From positions 19,440-83,439 of the forward strand of contig VFZC01000004.1 of assembly GCA_016871355.1 (NCBI GenBank): a stretch of DNA of 64,000 nt, given 5' to 3'. Below the pieces are notes generated by a model that was given only the letters and a program-made list of their open reading frames with translations, did not search any database and was not told where the DNA came from. The translations under genes and the position numbers were made by a program. Below are positions 18,752 to 27,160 of this stretch, piece after piece (the first letter of the stretch is position 1; every line of letters starts with the position of its first letter). The stretch is from Actinomycetota bacterium. GTDB taxonomy: Bacteria; Actinomycetota; Acidimicrobiia; Acidimicrobiales; Ilumatobacteraceae.

Positions 18752-19402
18752 ATGCGCTTCGGCAAGATCGACTTCGACTACGCCGCCGACCTGGCGGGCC
18801 GCGATCCGGCCGCCGACGGCCCGATCTACATGGTCAACTTCATGAAGTACAAGACGGTGGCCGAGTACCGCGGTGGTGGCGGCGACGCCATCTCCGGTAT
18901 CGAGGCCGACGACAAGTACGCGCCGGTCGACGTGCTGAAGAAGATCGGCGCCCACGTGGCATTCCACGGCAAAGTCGTGGCCCAGGGGGCCGCTGGCGAG
19001 TGGGATCGCATGGGCATCGTGAAGTACCCCACGCGTCGTTCGTTCATCGAGATGCAGGATCGCCCCGACTTCAAGGAGAAGCGGGTTCACAAGGACGCCG
19101 GCATGGATTACACCGTGATCGTGGGGGCCTTTTCCGCCGGGCCGCACGCTCCGCTCGCACCCGGTCGCTACGCGATGTTCGATCTGTCGGCCTCGTCGCG
19201 CAGTGTGTCACCGAGCAACAACACCGCTGCGTTCACCATCGAAGGAACCATCATCCACGACGATCGACGCTGGTCGAGCCTCACGGTGTCGTGGCACGAC
19301 GACGTTCCGTCGGTTCCGGCCCTCGCTCGTGGTGGTGACCGAATGGTGGTGGTGGCTCAGGCCGAAATCGATCGCTGGAGCGATCTGCTCACTTCGCCTT
19401 GA
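18752..19402 (+). CDS. DUF1330-like domain protein
   Basis: N-terminal half (IYMVNFMKYK...GIVKYPTRRSFIEM) resembles DUF1330 dimeric alpha/beta-barrel proteins. 216 aa. Confidence 0.45.
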   Translation: MRFGKIDFDYAADLAGRDPAADGPIYMVNFMKYKTVAEYRGGGGDAISGIEADDKYAPVDVLKKIGAHVAFHGKVVAQGAAGEWDRMGIVKYPTRRSFIEMQDRPDFKEKRVHKDAGMDYTVIVGAFSAGPHAPLAPGRYAMFDLSASSRSVSPSNNTAAFTIEGTIIHDDRRWSSLTVSWHDDVPSVPALARGGDRMVVVAQAEIDRWSDLLTSP

Positions 19403-20639
19403 ACATGATCGGGACCGAGTTCGGTCCGAGTACGAAGTTGCCGCGCCGCCACGGGATGTCGGCGGCGGCCAACTGCATGTCGTCGAGTCGAGCGAGCAGT
19501 TCCTCGAACAAGATTCGCAGTTCGAGTCGGGCCAGTGGCGCACCGAGGCAGTGATGGCGACCGTACGCACCGAACGCCACGTGCTCGTTGGGCGAACGAG
19601 TGATGTCGAAAGTGAACGGATCGGCGAACACCTTCTCGTCGCGATTGGCCGACGGGTAGAGGAGCAGAACCCGGTCGCCCTCGCGCACGGTCATCCCGGC
19701 CACCTCGACGTCCTTGGTGGCCGTGCGGTTCATGTTGCGCACGGGAGTGGCCCAACGCAGCATCTCCTCGATGGCCGACGGCAGGAGACTCGGATCGTTT
19801 TGGAGAAGTCGTAACTGATCGGGATGCTGCAGGAGAGCCGCCACGCCACCGGAGATCACGTGGCGAGTGGTTTCGTCTCCGCCCACCAGCACGAGCATCG
19901 TTTCGAACATCACGTCCACGTCGGTGAGGCGTGTGCCCTCCCACTCGGCGTTCACCACCAGGCTCACCAAATCCTGACGATCGGTGTTCCGACGCTCGTC
20001 GACGTGACGCATGATGTAGGTGTTCCAGTCGATGACGGCCTGCACCACTTCGTCACGGATCTCGTCGCCACCGGTCGCGAACAAGTCCGACCAGTGGAGC
20101 AACTGGTGATGGTCTTCTTCGGGAAGACCCATCAACTGCCCGATCATGTACATCGGGAGGGGAGTCGCGATGTCGGCCACGACGTCGCACTGGCCGCGAT
20201 CGATCACGGCGTCGATCAACTCGGTGACCTTGGCGCGTAGATACGGCTCGTGGTCGGCCACGCGCCGTGGTGTGAACCCGTTGCCGACGAGACGCCGCCG
20301 CTTGGTGTGTTCGGGTGCGTCGAAGTTGATCATCGACGGCACCGAACTCTCGGGCCGCGAACCCTTCCCCGAGCAGAACGTGTGCCACTCGCGGCTCATC
20401 ATCGACACCAGTTCGTGGCTGGCCGCACCCCAGAGGCCGGTCTCGTCGTCCCAGTACAGCGGGGCTTCGCGGCGCATCCAGGCGGTCAACTCGTCGAAGT
20501 CGGCGTAGAAGTCGGGCGACAGGAGCTCGATCTCGGGCCGGGTGGGGTGGCCCGCTGGCCCGCGACCACCCCGATTGAGGGCGACCCGAAAGTCGAGTTC
20601 GTCGTCGAGTTCGGGTTCGCCGGGAAAGTCGGTGGCCAT
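19389..20639 (-). CDS. Cytochrome P450
   Basis: Heme-Cys loop FGAYGRHHCLGAPLA. ExxR (EEMLRW). 416 aa. Confidence 0.9.
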   Translation of the reverse strand: MATDFPGEPELDDELDFRVALNRGGRGPAGHPTRPEIELLSPDFYADFDELTAWMRREAPLYWDDETGLWGAASHELVSMMSREWHTFCSGKGSRPESSVPSMINFDAPEHTKRRRLVGNGFTPRRVADHEPYLRAKVTELIDAVIDRGQCDVVADIATPLPMYMIGQLMGLPEEDHHQLLHWSDLFATGGDEIRDEVVQAVIDWNTYIMRHVDERRNTDRQDLVSLVVNAEWEGTRLTDVDVMFETMLVLVGGDETTRHVISGGVAALLQHPDQLRLLQNDPSLLPSAIEEMLRWATPVRNMNRTATKDVEVAGMTVREGDRVLLLYPSANRDEKVFADPFTFDITRSPNEHVAFGAYGRHHCLGAPLARLELRILFEELLARLDDMQLAAADIPWRRGNFVLGPNSVPIMFKAK

Positions 20640-20763
20640 GGACGCACGCTAATCAAGGTGTCGGGGCCGAGGTCAGCCGTGCTCGGGACCTCTGGCTCTT
20701 CGTGGTGCGCGGACCGGGCGGCCAGAATGGTGGGGTCGACCGTGTCGCGTCGAAAGGGGAGCC

Positions 20764-22020
20764 ATGTCCGACCGAGTTCCGAGCAGTGTGGAAGAAGCCG
20801 GTTTCGTCTTCGTCGATCCGGCCGCGTACGCCGACGAGGACTACTTCCACCGGGCTTGTGCTCTCCTGCGCAAGGAGAGTCCGGTGCATTGGGTCGAAGG
20901 TCCGGGTTTCAATCCGTTCTGGGCCATCACCAAATCGGCCGACATCTTCGACATCGAGGCCCGTCACCAGATCTTCCTGAACGAGCCGCGGCCGGTTCTC
21001 GGCTCGGAGGTGGACGACGCGCGTCGTCAGCAGAACGGCGACATGTTGCGCACGCTCATCCACGTGGACGACCCCGAGCACCGGCAACTGCGCAACGTCA
21101 CGGCCGAGTGGTTCCTGCCCAAGAACCTGTCGAAGCTCGAAGACGTGTTGGCCGGCTTCGCCAAGCGTTACGTCGACAAGATGGCCGAGATGGGCACTCA
21201 GTGCGACTTCGTGCGCGACATCGCCATGTTCATGCCGCTCAACGTGATCCTGTCGATTCTCGGTTTGCCCGAGTCCGACTATCCGCGCATGCTCAAACTC
21301 ACGCAAGAGTTGTTCGGCGGGCTCGACGAAGACATGCAGCGTGACGGTGACCCGGCCGCGATCATCGAAGTGATCCAGGACTTCTTCGTCTACTTCACGA
21401 AGTTGACGCAGGATCGCCGCGCCGTTCCGACCGACGACATGGCGTCGGTGGTGGCCAACGCGATGATCGACGGGCAGCCCCTCACCGACATGCAGACGAT
21501 CTCGTACTACGTGATCACGGCCACGGCGGGACACGACACCACGGCGTCGGCCATGGCCGGTGGCCTGTTGGCGCTCATGGAGAACCCCGATCAGATGGAG
21601 CGTTTGAAGAACGATCCGTCCCTCATGAACACCGCCGTCGACGAGATGATCCGCTGGGTCGCGCCGGTGAAGCACTTCATGCGCACCGCCACCGAGGACT
21701 ACGAGGTGCGGGGAACCACGATCAAGAAGGGCCAGTCGGTGTTGTTGTCGTATCCGTCGGGCAATCGCGACGAGGACGCTCATCCCGATCCGTTCCGCTT
21801 CGACGTGGGGCGTTCGCCCAACAAGCACCTGTCGTTCGGTTTCGGCGTGCACTACTGCCTGGGCGCGATGCTGGCCCGCATGGAACTCAAGGCGCTCTTC
21901 AAGGAACTACTGCCGCGCTTGAAGCACGCGGAGTTGGCCGGTGATCCGAAGTGGATGAAGACGATCTTCGTCGGCGGTCTGAAGACCTTGCCGATTCGCT
22001 ACGAGGTGACTGCCGGCTGA
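20764..22020 (+). CDS. Cytochrome P450
   Basis: Heme-Cys loop FGFGVHYCLGAMLA. I-helix AGHDTT. ExxR (DEMIRW). AAAGGGGAG lies upstream of the ATG. Confidence 0.9.
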   Translation: MSDRVPSSVEEAGFVFVDPAAYADEDYFHRACALLRKESPVHWVEGPGFNPFWAITKSADIFDIEARHQIFLNEPRPVLGSEVDDARRQQNGDMLRTLIHVDDPEHRQLRNVTAEWFLPKNLSKLEDVLAGFAKRYVDKMAEMGTQCDFVRDIAMFMPLNVILSILGLPESDYPRMLKLTQELFGGLDEDMQRDGDPAAIIEVIQDFFVYFTKLTQDRRAVPTDDMASVVANAMIDGQPLTDMQTISYYVITATAGHDTTASAMAGGLLALMENPDQMERLKNDPSLMNTAVDEMIRWVAPVKHFMRTATEDYEVRGTTIKKGQSVLLSYPSGNRDEDAHPDPFRFDVGRSPNKHLSFGFGVHYCLGAMLARMELKALFKELLPRLKHAELAGDPKWMKTIFVGGLKTLPIRYEVTAG

Positions 22021-22021
22021 G

Positions 22022-23698
22022 TCAGCGCCGACTGGGCGACACCAGTCGGCCCGGTCGGTCGTCGCGGCTGGCCTCCACGAACTCGCCGTCGCGAACCACG
22101 GCGTGTCCGTTCACGAACGTGTGCACCATGCCGGTGGGGCGGTCGGCCGTGAGGCGTTCGCCGTCGGCCGGGAAGTCGCGCACGCGCCGGATGGGTCCGG
22201 GGCCCACGGTGGACGGATCGAACACGACCACGTCGGCGAATGCTCCTTCGCGCAGGACGCCGCGATCGGTGAATCCGAACAGGTCGGCCTGCACCTTGGT
22301 GAGTTTGTTCACGGCCTGCTCGAGAGTGAGCGTCTGGCGTTCGCGCACCCAATTGCCCAACAGGTCGGTGGACAGAACGGCGTCGCACAACTGGCCCACG
22401 TGAGCACCGGCGTCGGAGAGTCCGAGGGTGCAGTGTTCGGAGTTGAGCAGCACGGCGATGCCGTCGACGTCGTCGTTGGCGAGCAACGCCTTGACGCGAA
22501 GCAAGAGGTCGCTCTCCACAAGCGTAATTTCGAGCAAGGCGTCGAACGGATCGACGTTCATGTCGGTCGCGATCGCGGTGAGCCGACGGCCCACCAGATC
22601 GGGTGAAGCCGGGGCTTCCATGATCTCGAAACTGTCCCAGCGCGGAACGATGCCCTGCCCGGCGTCCCATGCTTCGCGCACGCGACGACGCCAGGCCGGA
22701 TCGGAATAAGCCGAACGACGTTCGGTGATCGACTTCGGCATGAGTTCGGCAAACACCGGGTTGGTGTTGAGAGTGAACGGCTCGACCATGGTCTGCGAGA
22801 ACGACAGGGGGCGGCACGACACCTGGGGCCACACGTCGGCCCCGCGTTCGATACCGGCACGGTGGATCTCCATCGCTTTCAGATGGGCGCCGGTGTTGGT
22901 GGTGAGGATGGCCGTGTAGGTGAGAGGGGCGCCCGACTGCGGTTGGAGTTCGTAGCAGTCGGTGAAACTCAACCCCTCACCACCGTTGACGCCGATCACA
23001 CCGCGACCACTGTCTCCCACGGCGCGGAAGAGTGCGGCGATCTCGCGCTTGTCGGCCCAGCGGCTCGGAATCGGTTGACCGTCGGCCCCGCGATGAGTGA
23101 CGGCGAAGCTGGTCGCGAATCCGGCCGCTCCCGCCTCCATGGCTTCGCGAACGAGAGTGGCCATGGCCGTGATCTCCTCGTCGGTGGCTGCGCGACCCAC
23201 GGCTTCGTCGCCCATCACGAACACGCGCAACGGCGTGTGGCCGATGTACGCGGAGTAGTTGAGAACCGTGCCGCGTCGGCGAACCGCGTCGAGGTAGTCG
23301 GGGAACGACTCGAACTCCCACGGAACTCCCGAGTGAAGCGTGGCCGGTTCCATGTCTTCGACCTTCTCCATCGTGCGAACGATGAGATCTCGATCGGACG
23401 ACTTGGTGGGGGCGATGGAAAAACCACAGTTGCCGGCCACCACGGTGGTGACACCGTGGAAGCACGACGGACTGAGCGCAGGGTCCCAGAACACCTGAGC
23501 GTCGTAGTGCGTGTGGATGTCGATGAACCCGGGAGCGACCACCAATCCGGTCACGTCGATGACGTCGTCACCCACGAGTCCGGGCCCGATCGCCGTGACG
23601 CGATCGCCCTCGATCAGGACGTCGGCGAGTCGACCCGGTGCTCCGGATCCGTCGACCACCAGCCCACCCCGTAGAACGACCGAACCGCGAGTTCCCAT
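22022..23698 (-). CDS. N-acyl-D-amino-acid deacylase (D-aminoacylase) family amidohydrolase
   Basis: N-terminal beta-sandwich followed by metal motif GFIDIHTHYD. 558 aa. Confidence 0.8.
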   Translation of the reverse strand: MGTRGSVVLRGGLVVDGSGAPGRLADVLIEGDRVTAIGPGLVGDDVIDVTGLVVAPGFIDIHTHYDAQVFWDPALSPSCFHGVTTVVAGNCGFSIAPTKSSDRDLIVRTMEKVEDMEPATLHSGVPWEFESFPDYLDAVRRRGTVLNYSAYIGHTPLRVFVMGDEAVGRAATDEEITAMATLVREAMEAGAAGFATSFAVTHRGADGQPIPSRWADKREIAALFRAVGDSGRGVIGVNGGEGLSFTDCYELQPQSGAPLTYTAILTTNTGAHLKAMEIHRAGIERGADVWPQVSCRPLSFSQTMVEPFTLNTNPVFAELMPKSITERRSAYSDPAWRRRVREAWDAGQGIVPRWDSFEIMEAPASPDLVGRRLTAIATDMNVDPFDALLEITLVESDLLLRVKALLANDDVDGIAVLLNSEHCTLGLSDAGAHVGQLCDAVLSTDLLGNWVRERQTLTLEQAVNKLTKVQADLFGFTDRGVLREGAFADVVVFDPSTVGPGPIRRVRDFPADGERLTADRPTGMVHTFVNGHAVVRDGEFVEASRDDRPGRLVSPSRR

Positions 23699-23751
23699 GG
23701 GCTCATGTTCTCACGCGGTGGCGTGACCGTGTGCAGTGTGACGACCCGATG

Positions 23752-24963
23752 TCAGGCCTTCTCGGCGATTTCCACCGCGAGCGAATAGGCGCTGGCCGCT
23801 TCGGGGCCGAGACCCACCGGGCTGGCGTCGATACCGAACCACACGCGCAGCTGAGCCGTGACGGCGTGACGAATGATCGGGAAGGCATCGGCCACGGGTG
23901 CGGCCGGTGGCAAGCAACCGTCCTCGCCGAGAGTCTTCAGCTGGGGCTGGGCCGCGAGGAGGGGTCCGAGGCCCGAAGCCTCGGCGACACCGATGATGCC
24001 TTTGCCGTTGCCGAACGTGCAGAAGTCGTCGAAACCGTTGTGGCCCACGCCGTCGATCACCCAGAGACGACTCGGGCCGGGAACCTGCTCGTAGGCCGGG
24101 CGGGTGACGGTGTCGGGAGGTGTGACGGCGTCGAGTGCACCGGCCATGAAGAACGACGGCTTGTTCGGAAGTTCGAGGGGTGCCGTGGTGTTGGTGTCGC
24201 GACCGATACCGACACCTGACGCGAGCGAGACGTAACCATCCACGCGGTCGTCGGCGGCCGCGCCGAGGATGGTTCCGCCACCGGCGCTGTGCCCCACGGC
24301 GATGACGCGAGTGTCGTCGACACGACCCGAGAAACGACTGCTGGCCGAAGCCCCTTCGGCGACGATCAGGTCGAGGCTGGCGAGGAGTTCACCCACGGCC
24401 GATTCACGATCGCCAACGGGTGCGCTCAACACGTGGAACAAGTCGCGCGACCAATGATCGGTCGACACGACGATCATTCCCCAACTCGCGAGGTGTGATG
24501 TGAGGAACGTGCTTTGCAGGCGAATACCCGAGAAACCGTGCGAGAACAGCACGATCGGGAACTGTCCGTCGGCGACGTCGGCGTCACGAGTGGCGGCGTA
24601 CTCGAACACGGCTGGCACATCAGCGGTGAGCAAGGTCTTGATGGCCTCGGGAACGAAGTCGCGAACGTCGTACGACTCGGTGCCCGACGATCCGGCCACG
24701 GCGGGGTACCAGATCTCCACTTGATTGCCGGCGGCCAATTGCAGAGTGGTCACACCGACCGGAAAGTCGCCCGGCTCGGCGTACGCAGTGGCTAACGCGA
24801 CCGGATCGACTGTGGTGGTGGGCGCCTCGATGACCGGGGCCTCGGTGGCGACTGGCGCGGAAACCGAGGGGGTTTCGGTGGGGGTGGATTGCTCGGCTGA
24901 ATCGTCACCACCGCACGACGCGATGACGATGACGGCAGCGAGGGAAAGGGCGAGACGACGCAC
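23752..24963 (-). CDS. Lipoprotein alpha/beta hydrolase (PAF-acetylhydrolase / dienelactone-hydrolase-like)
   Basis: GTG 24963 gives MRRLALSLAAVIVIASCGG (signal peptide with lipobox Cys). Nucleophile elbow GHSAGG. The longer track ORF runs through tRNA-Cys and was rejected. Confidence 0.7.
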   Translation of the reverse strand: MRRLALSLAAVIVIASCGGDDSAEQSTPTETPSVSAPVATEAPVIEAPTTTVDPVALATAYAEPGDFPVGVTTLQLAAGNQVEIWYPAVAGSSGTESYDVRDFVPEAIKTLLTADVPAVFEYAATRDADVADGQFPIVLFSHGFSGIRLQSTFLTSHLASWGMIVVSTDHWSRDLFHVLSAPVGDRESAVGELLASLDLIVAEGASASSRFSGRVDDTRVIAVGHSAGGGTILGAAADDRVDGYVSLASGVGIGRDTNTTAPLELPNKPSFFMAGALDAVTPPDTVTRPAYEQVPGPSRLWVIDGVGHNGFDDFCTFGNGKGIIGVAEASGLGPLLAAQPQLKTLGEDGCLPPAAPVADAFPIIRHAVTAQLRVWFGIDASPVGLGPEAASAYSLAVEIAEKA

Positions 24964-25064
24964 TCGACGAATGTCGCAGAAACGGGGCCCATCAGGCGAG
25001 TTCTTCCAGCGGTTCCTCGTCACGCCGACGGTAAGGTGATGGCTCTCTTCGGTCTCCGGAGAGT

Positions 25065-25136
25065 GGCGATGTGGCCGAGTGGCTGAGGCAAGGGCCTGCA
25101 AAGCCCTCCACCTGGGTTCGATTCCCAGCATCGCCT
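25065..25136 (+). tRNA. tRNA-Cys (anticodon GCA), CCA not encoded
   Basis: Hand-folded. Acceptor GGCGATG/CATCGCC, anticodon stem AGGGC/GCCCT with loop CTGCAAA, T-arm CTGGG-TTCGATT-CCCAG, discriminator T. Confidence 0.9.
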
Positions 25137-25234
25137 CGATGACTGGGCTTGTGTGATTCGTTAATTCTCTTCTGACCAGCGTTTTCCTGGGCTTTGTTCG
25201 ATGTGTCCGTCTGGTGTTGAGAAGTCCGGTGCCA

Positions 25235-25276
25235 CTTTGGTGCCACTTTTTGGGACTTTGGTGCCACTTTTTGGGA
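25235..25276. repeat. Perfect 21-bp tandem duplication CTTTGGTGCCACTTTTTGGGA x2, preceded by an extra GGTGCCACTTT copy at 25228
   Basis: Read directly: 25235-25255 equals 25256-25276. Lies in a non-coding stretch with 60 G+C of 120 nt counted over 25141-25260. Confidence 0.9.
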
Positions 25277-25349
25277 GCTCGACGATCGCTCAAAGTGTGC
25301 TCGTCGCGTTAGGCCGCGATCAGTCTCGTTCGTCCTGAATCACGATGGA

Positions 25350-26006
25350 TCATCCGTTGTACCCCCCGCCCCCATAGTTATACCCCCCGCCCCCATAGGT
25401 GGGAGTGGTTGTCGGCGCAGTCGACGGTGCGCTGGTCGTGGCAGGAGCGTTTGGGGCGAGGGTGGTTGCCGGTGCGCTGGTCGTGGCGAGAGTGTTCGTG
25501 GCGGGAGTGGTTGCCGGTGCTCTGGTCGTGGCCGGGGCGTTTGTGGCGGGAGTGGTTGCCGGCGCAGTCGCCGGTGCGCTGGTCGCGGAGACGATGATGG
25601 AGCCACGCATCCTGGAATGGAAGGCGCACTTAAACTCGAACTCTCCGGCCTCGGTGAAGGTGTGGAAAAACTCTTCGCCCTCGCCGAGGGAACCCGAGTC
25701 GAAGTTGCGGTCCAGGGCCGTGAACGTGTGAGGCATCGAGTCAAGGTTGATGACTTTCACGGTGGTGCCCACCGCAACGGTGAGTGGCGCGCCGTAGTTG
25801 AAATCGCGGATCTCGATGGTGGCGACCTCCGCAACCGCTGGTGCGCTGGTTGTGGAGGGAGCGTTTGTGGCGGGAGCGTTTGTGGCGGGAGTGGTTGCCG
25901 GTGCGCTGGTCGTGGGTTTGGGCTGGCGAGTTGAACTACTACATCCGAAGCTAAAGAAAAAGGCCGACAGCACGAATAGGCGGACTAGTGACTCCGTTCG
26001 ACCCAT
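25350..26006 (-). CDS. Secreted or lipid-anchored type-1 copper cupredoxin (amicyanin-like) with Pro/Thr/Ala linkers and a Gly-Tyr C-terminal tail
   Basis: ATG 26006 gives MGRTESLVRLFVLSAFFFSFGCSS (signal peptide). Cu ligands are H in MPHTF plus C-x2-H-x2-M (CAFHSRM). Flanked by APATTPATN-type repeats. Ends in YGGGGYNYGGGGYNG. Confidence 0.75.
   Translation of the reverse strand: MGRTESLVRLFVLSAFFFSFGCSSSTRQPKPTTSAPATTPATNAPATNAPSTTSAPAVAEVATIEIRDFNYGAPLTVAVGTTVKVINLDSMPHTFTALDRNFDSGSLGEGEEFFHTFTEAGEFEFKCAFHSRMRGSIIVSATSAPATAPATTPATNAPATTRAPATTPATNTLATTSAPATTLAPNAPATTSAPSTAPTTTPTYGGGGYNYGGGGYNG
25401..25589. repeat. Degenerate in-frame DNA repeats encoding the C-terminal Pro/Thr/Ala linker of the cupredoxin (a second block lies at about 25830..25940)
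   Basis: Recurrent GGTGGTTGCCGGTGCGCTGGTCGTGGC-like units, encoding APATTPATNAPATT on the minus strand. Confidence 0.8.
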
Positions 26007-26102
26007 GCGGATACTCAAGTGCTCATTTTCAGACAGGAGGGGCAACACCGTCAAATCGAGTCGGGCAAATCACCCACCAGGGACTGCCCCGCGGTAGCGA
26101 GA

Positions 26103-26450
26103 ATGTCCAGCATCTTGAACAGCGGCTCGAGCAAAATCTCGATTCCGACGCTGTCGCCCATTTCGGTTCCGGTGCTCTCGAAGATCAAGTTGAGCGATCT
26201 CAAGATCGTCGGTCGCTCGCCACTCGTTGTCACCTTCAACATCACCGAGGGCTCGGCCGACATTAAAATTGCCGCCTACGCGTAGACCGGCAAGGGTTTG
26301 ACCGGTTCGGGTGACGCGCGGTTCGTGGAGAAGGTCTCCGACACCGTGAGCACGTGGCAGGTGGGCAGCATGCTCGACAACACGACGTCCCTGCGCATCA
26401 TGGTGACCGACCGGGCCGGCGTGGCCGCTTCCTTCGTGCATCAGTTCTGA
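26103..26450 (+). pseudogene. Beta-rich ORF interrupted by an in-frame TAG (26283..26285); pseudogene, gene remnant or recoded gene
   Basis: The same frame keeps high third-position G+C on both sides of the TAG (..ADIKIAAYA*TGKGLTGSGDARFVEKVSD..SFVHQF*). The TAG sits inside the 10-bp palindrome CTACGCGTAG. The minus ORF 26051..26263 shares the wobble phase, so strand is not fully certain for the first half. Confidence 0.35.
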
Positions 26451-26529
26451 ACCCGTTGAACTGAACCAGCGATCACATCGTTTGGAGACTAACCATCTTC
26501 GAATGTCCGAGCACTATTAGGCTCGGCGT

Positions 26530-27150
26530 GTGCCGTCACCTCGGTTCATCGCGGCGATCGTCGCCGTCTCATCGCTTTCATTGTGGTCGTCGTCGACGCA
26601 CGCCGCGCCTCCGCTCGGGCCGACCCCGATACAAGTTCTGGAGACCTTGTCGGTGGCCGCCGAGGACGGCAGTGGCTATTCGCGGTCGTCGTTCAAGCAT
26701 TGGATCGACGAAGACCGCGACGGCTGCGACACCCGCCGCGAGGTTCTCATCGCCGAATCGCTTCGACCAGTCCGCGTGGGCTCTCGCTGTTTGATCTCGG
26801 GTGGTCAGTGGTTCTCGGTGTACGACGGACGTATCTCCACCAATGCGTCGTCTTTCGACATCGATCACGTGGTGGCGCTCAAGGAAGCCTGGGATTCTGG
26901 TGCCAAGTCGTGGACCGCTGAGCGCCGTCAAGCCTTCGCCAACGACTTGACCACCGCGTTCTCGCTCATTGCGGTGAGCGCATCGAGCAACCGCTCCAAA
27001 GGTGATCGGGATCCAGCCGAATGGATGCCTTCTCGCCGCGAGTACTGGTGTCAGTACGCCATCGAATGGGTCGGCGTGAAGGCCACGTGGTCGTTGTCGG
27101 TCGACCCGACCGAGAAGGCGGCACTCAGCCGCGTGTTGGTCGACTGCTGA
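26530..27150 (+). CDS. Secreted DUF1524 / HNH-type nuclease family protein
   Basis: Signal peptide MPSPRFIAAIVAVSSLSLWSSSTHA. DIDHVVALKEAWDSGA...FANDL...SASSNRSKGDRDPAEWMP matches the GmrSD C-terminal (DUF1524) His-Me finger pattern. Confidence 0.7.
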   Translation: MPSPRFIAAIVAVSSLSLWSSSTHAAPPLGPTPIQVLETLSVAAEDGSGYSRSSFKHWIDEDRDGCDTRREVLIAESLRPVRVGSRCLISGGQWFSVYDGRISTNASSFDIDHVVALKEAWDSGAKSWTAERRQAFANDLTTAFSLIAVSASSNRSKGDRDPAEWMPSRREYWCQYAIEWVGVKATWSLSVDPTEKAALSRVLVDC

Positions 27151-27160
27151 GCCTTCGGAG

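Noticed and set aside
20653-21852. 399-aa minus ORF, and similar long ORFs (105..788, 5317..6606, 31457..32368, 56833..57816, 62265..63407, 33737..34696)
   Set aside because: All lie antisense or out of frame to genes with clear catalytic motifs. They have Arg/Gly/His-rich low-information translations typical of high-GC shadow ORFs.
24964-25293. N-terminal extension of the hydrolase ORF, and ORF 24992..25267
   Set aside because: Both run straight through the hand-folded tRNA-Cys (25065..25136). The hydrolase has a proper lipoprotein signal peptide from GTG 24963.
25401-25940. Repetitive DNA, considered as a possible CRISPR or other non-coding array
   Set aside because: The repeats are degenerate and in frame, and they encode the Pro/Thr/Ala linkers on both sides of the cupredoxin domain. 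There are no regular unique spacers and no cas genes.
26051-26263. 70-aa minus-strand ORF (MSAEPSVMLKV...), an alternative to the plus-strand reading
   Set aside because: Not fully excluded, because it shares wobble positions with the plus frame. However, the plus frame continues as protein-like sequence for another 54 codons after the TAG, whereas the minus frame upstream of this ORF translates poorly. It is kept as an alternative in the finding.
25137-27150. Genomic island or integrative element at tRNA-Cys
   Set aside because: I found no integrase, excisionase, transposase or conjugation genes, and no duplicated tRNA 3' end by eye in the following about 7 kb. It is reported only as a compositional patch, not as a mobile element.
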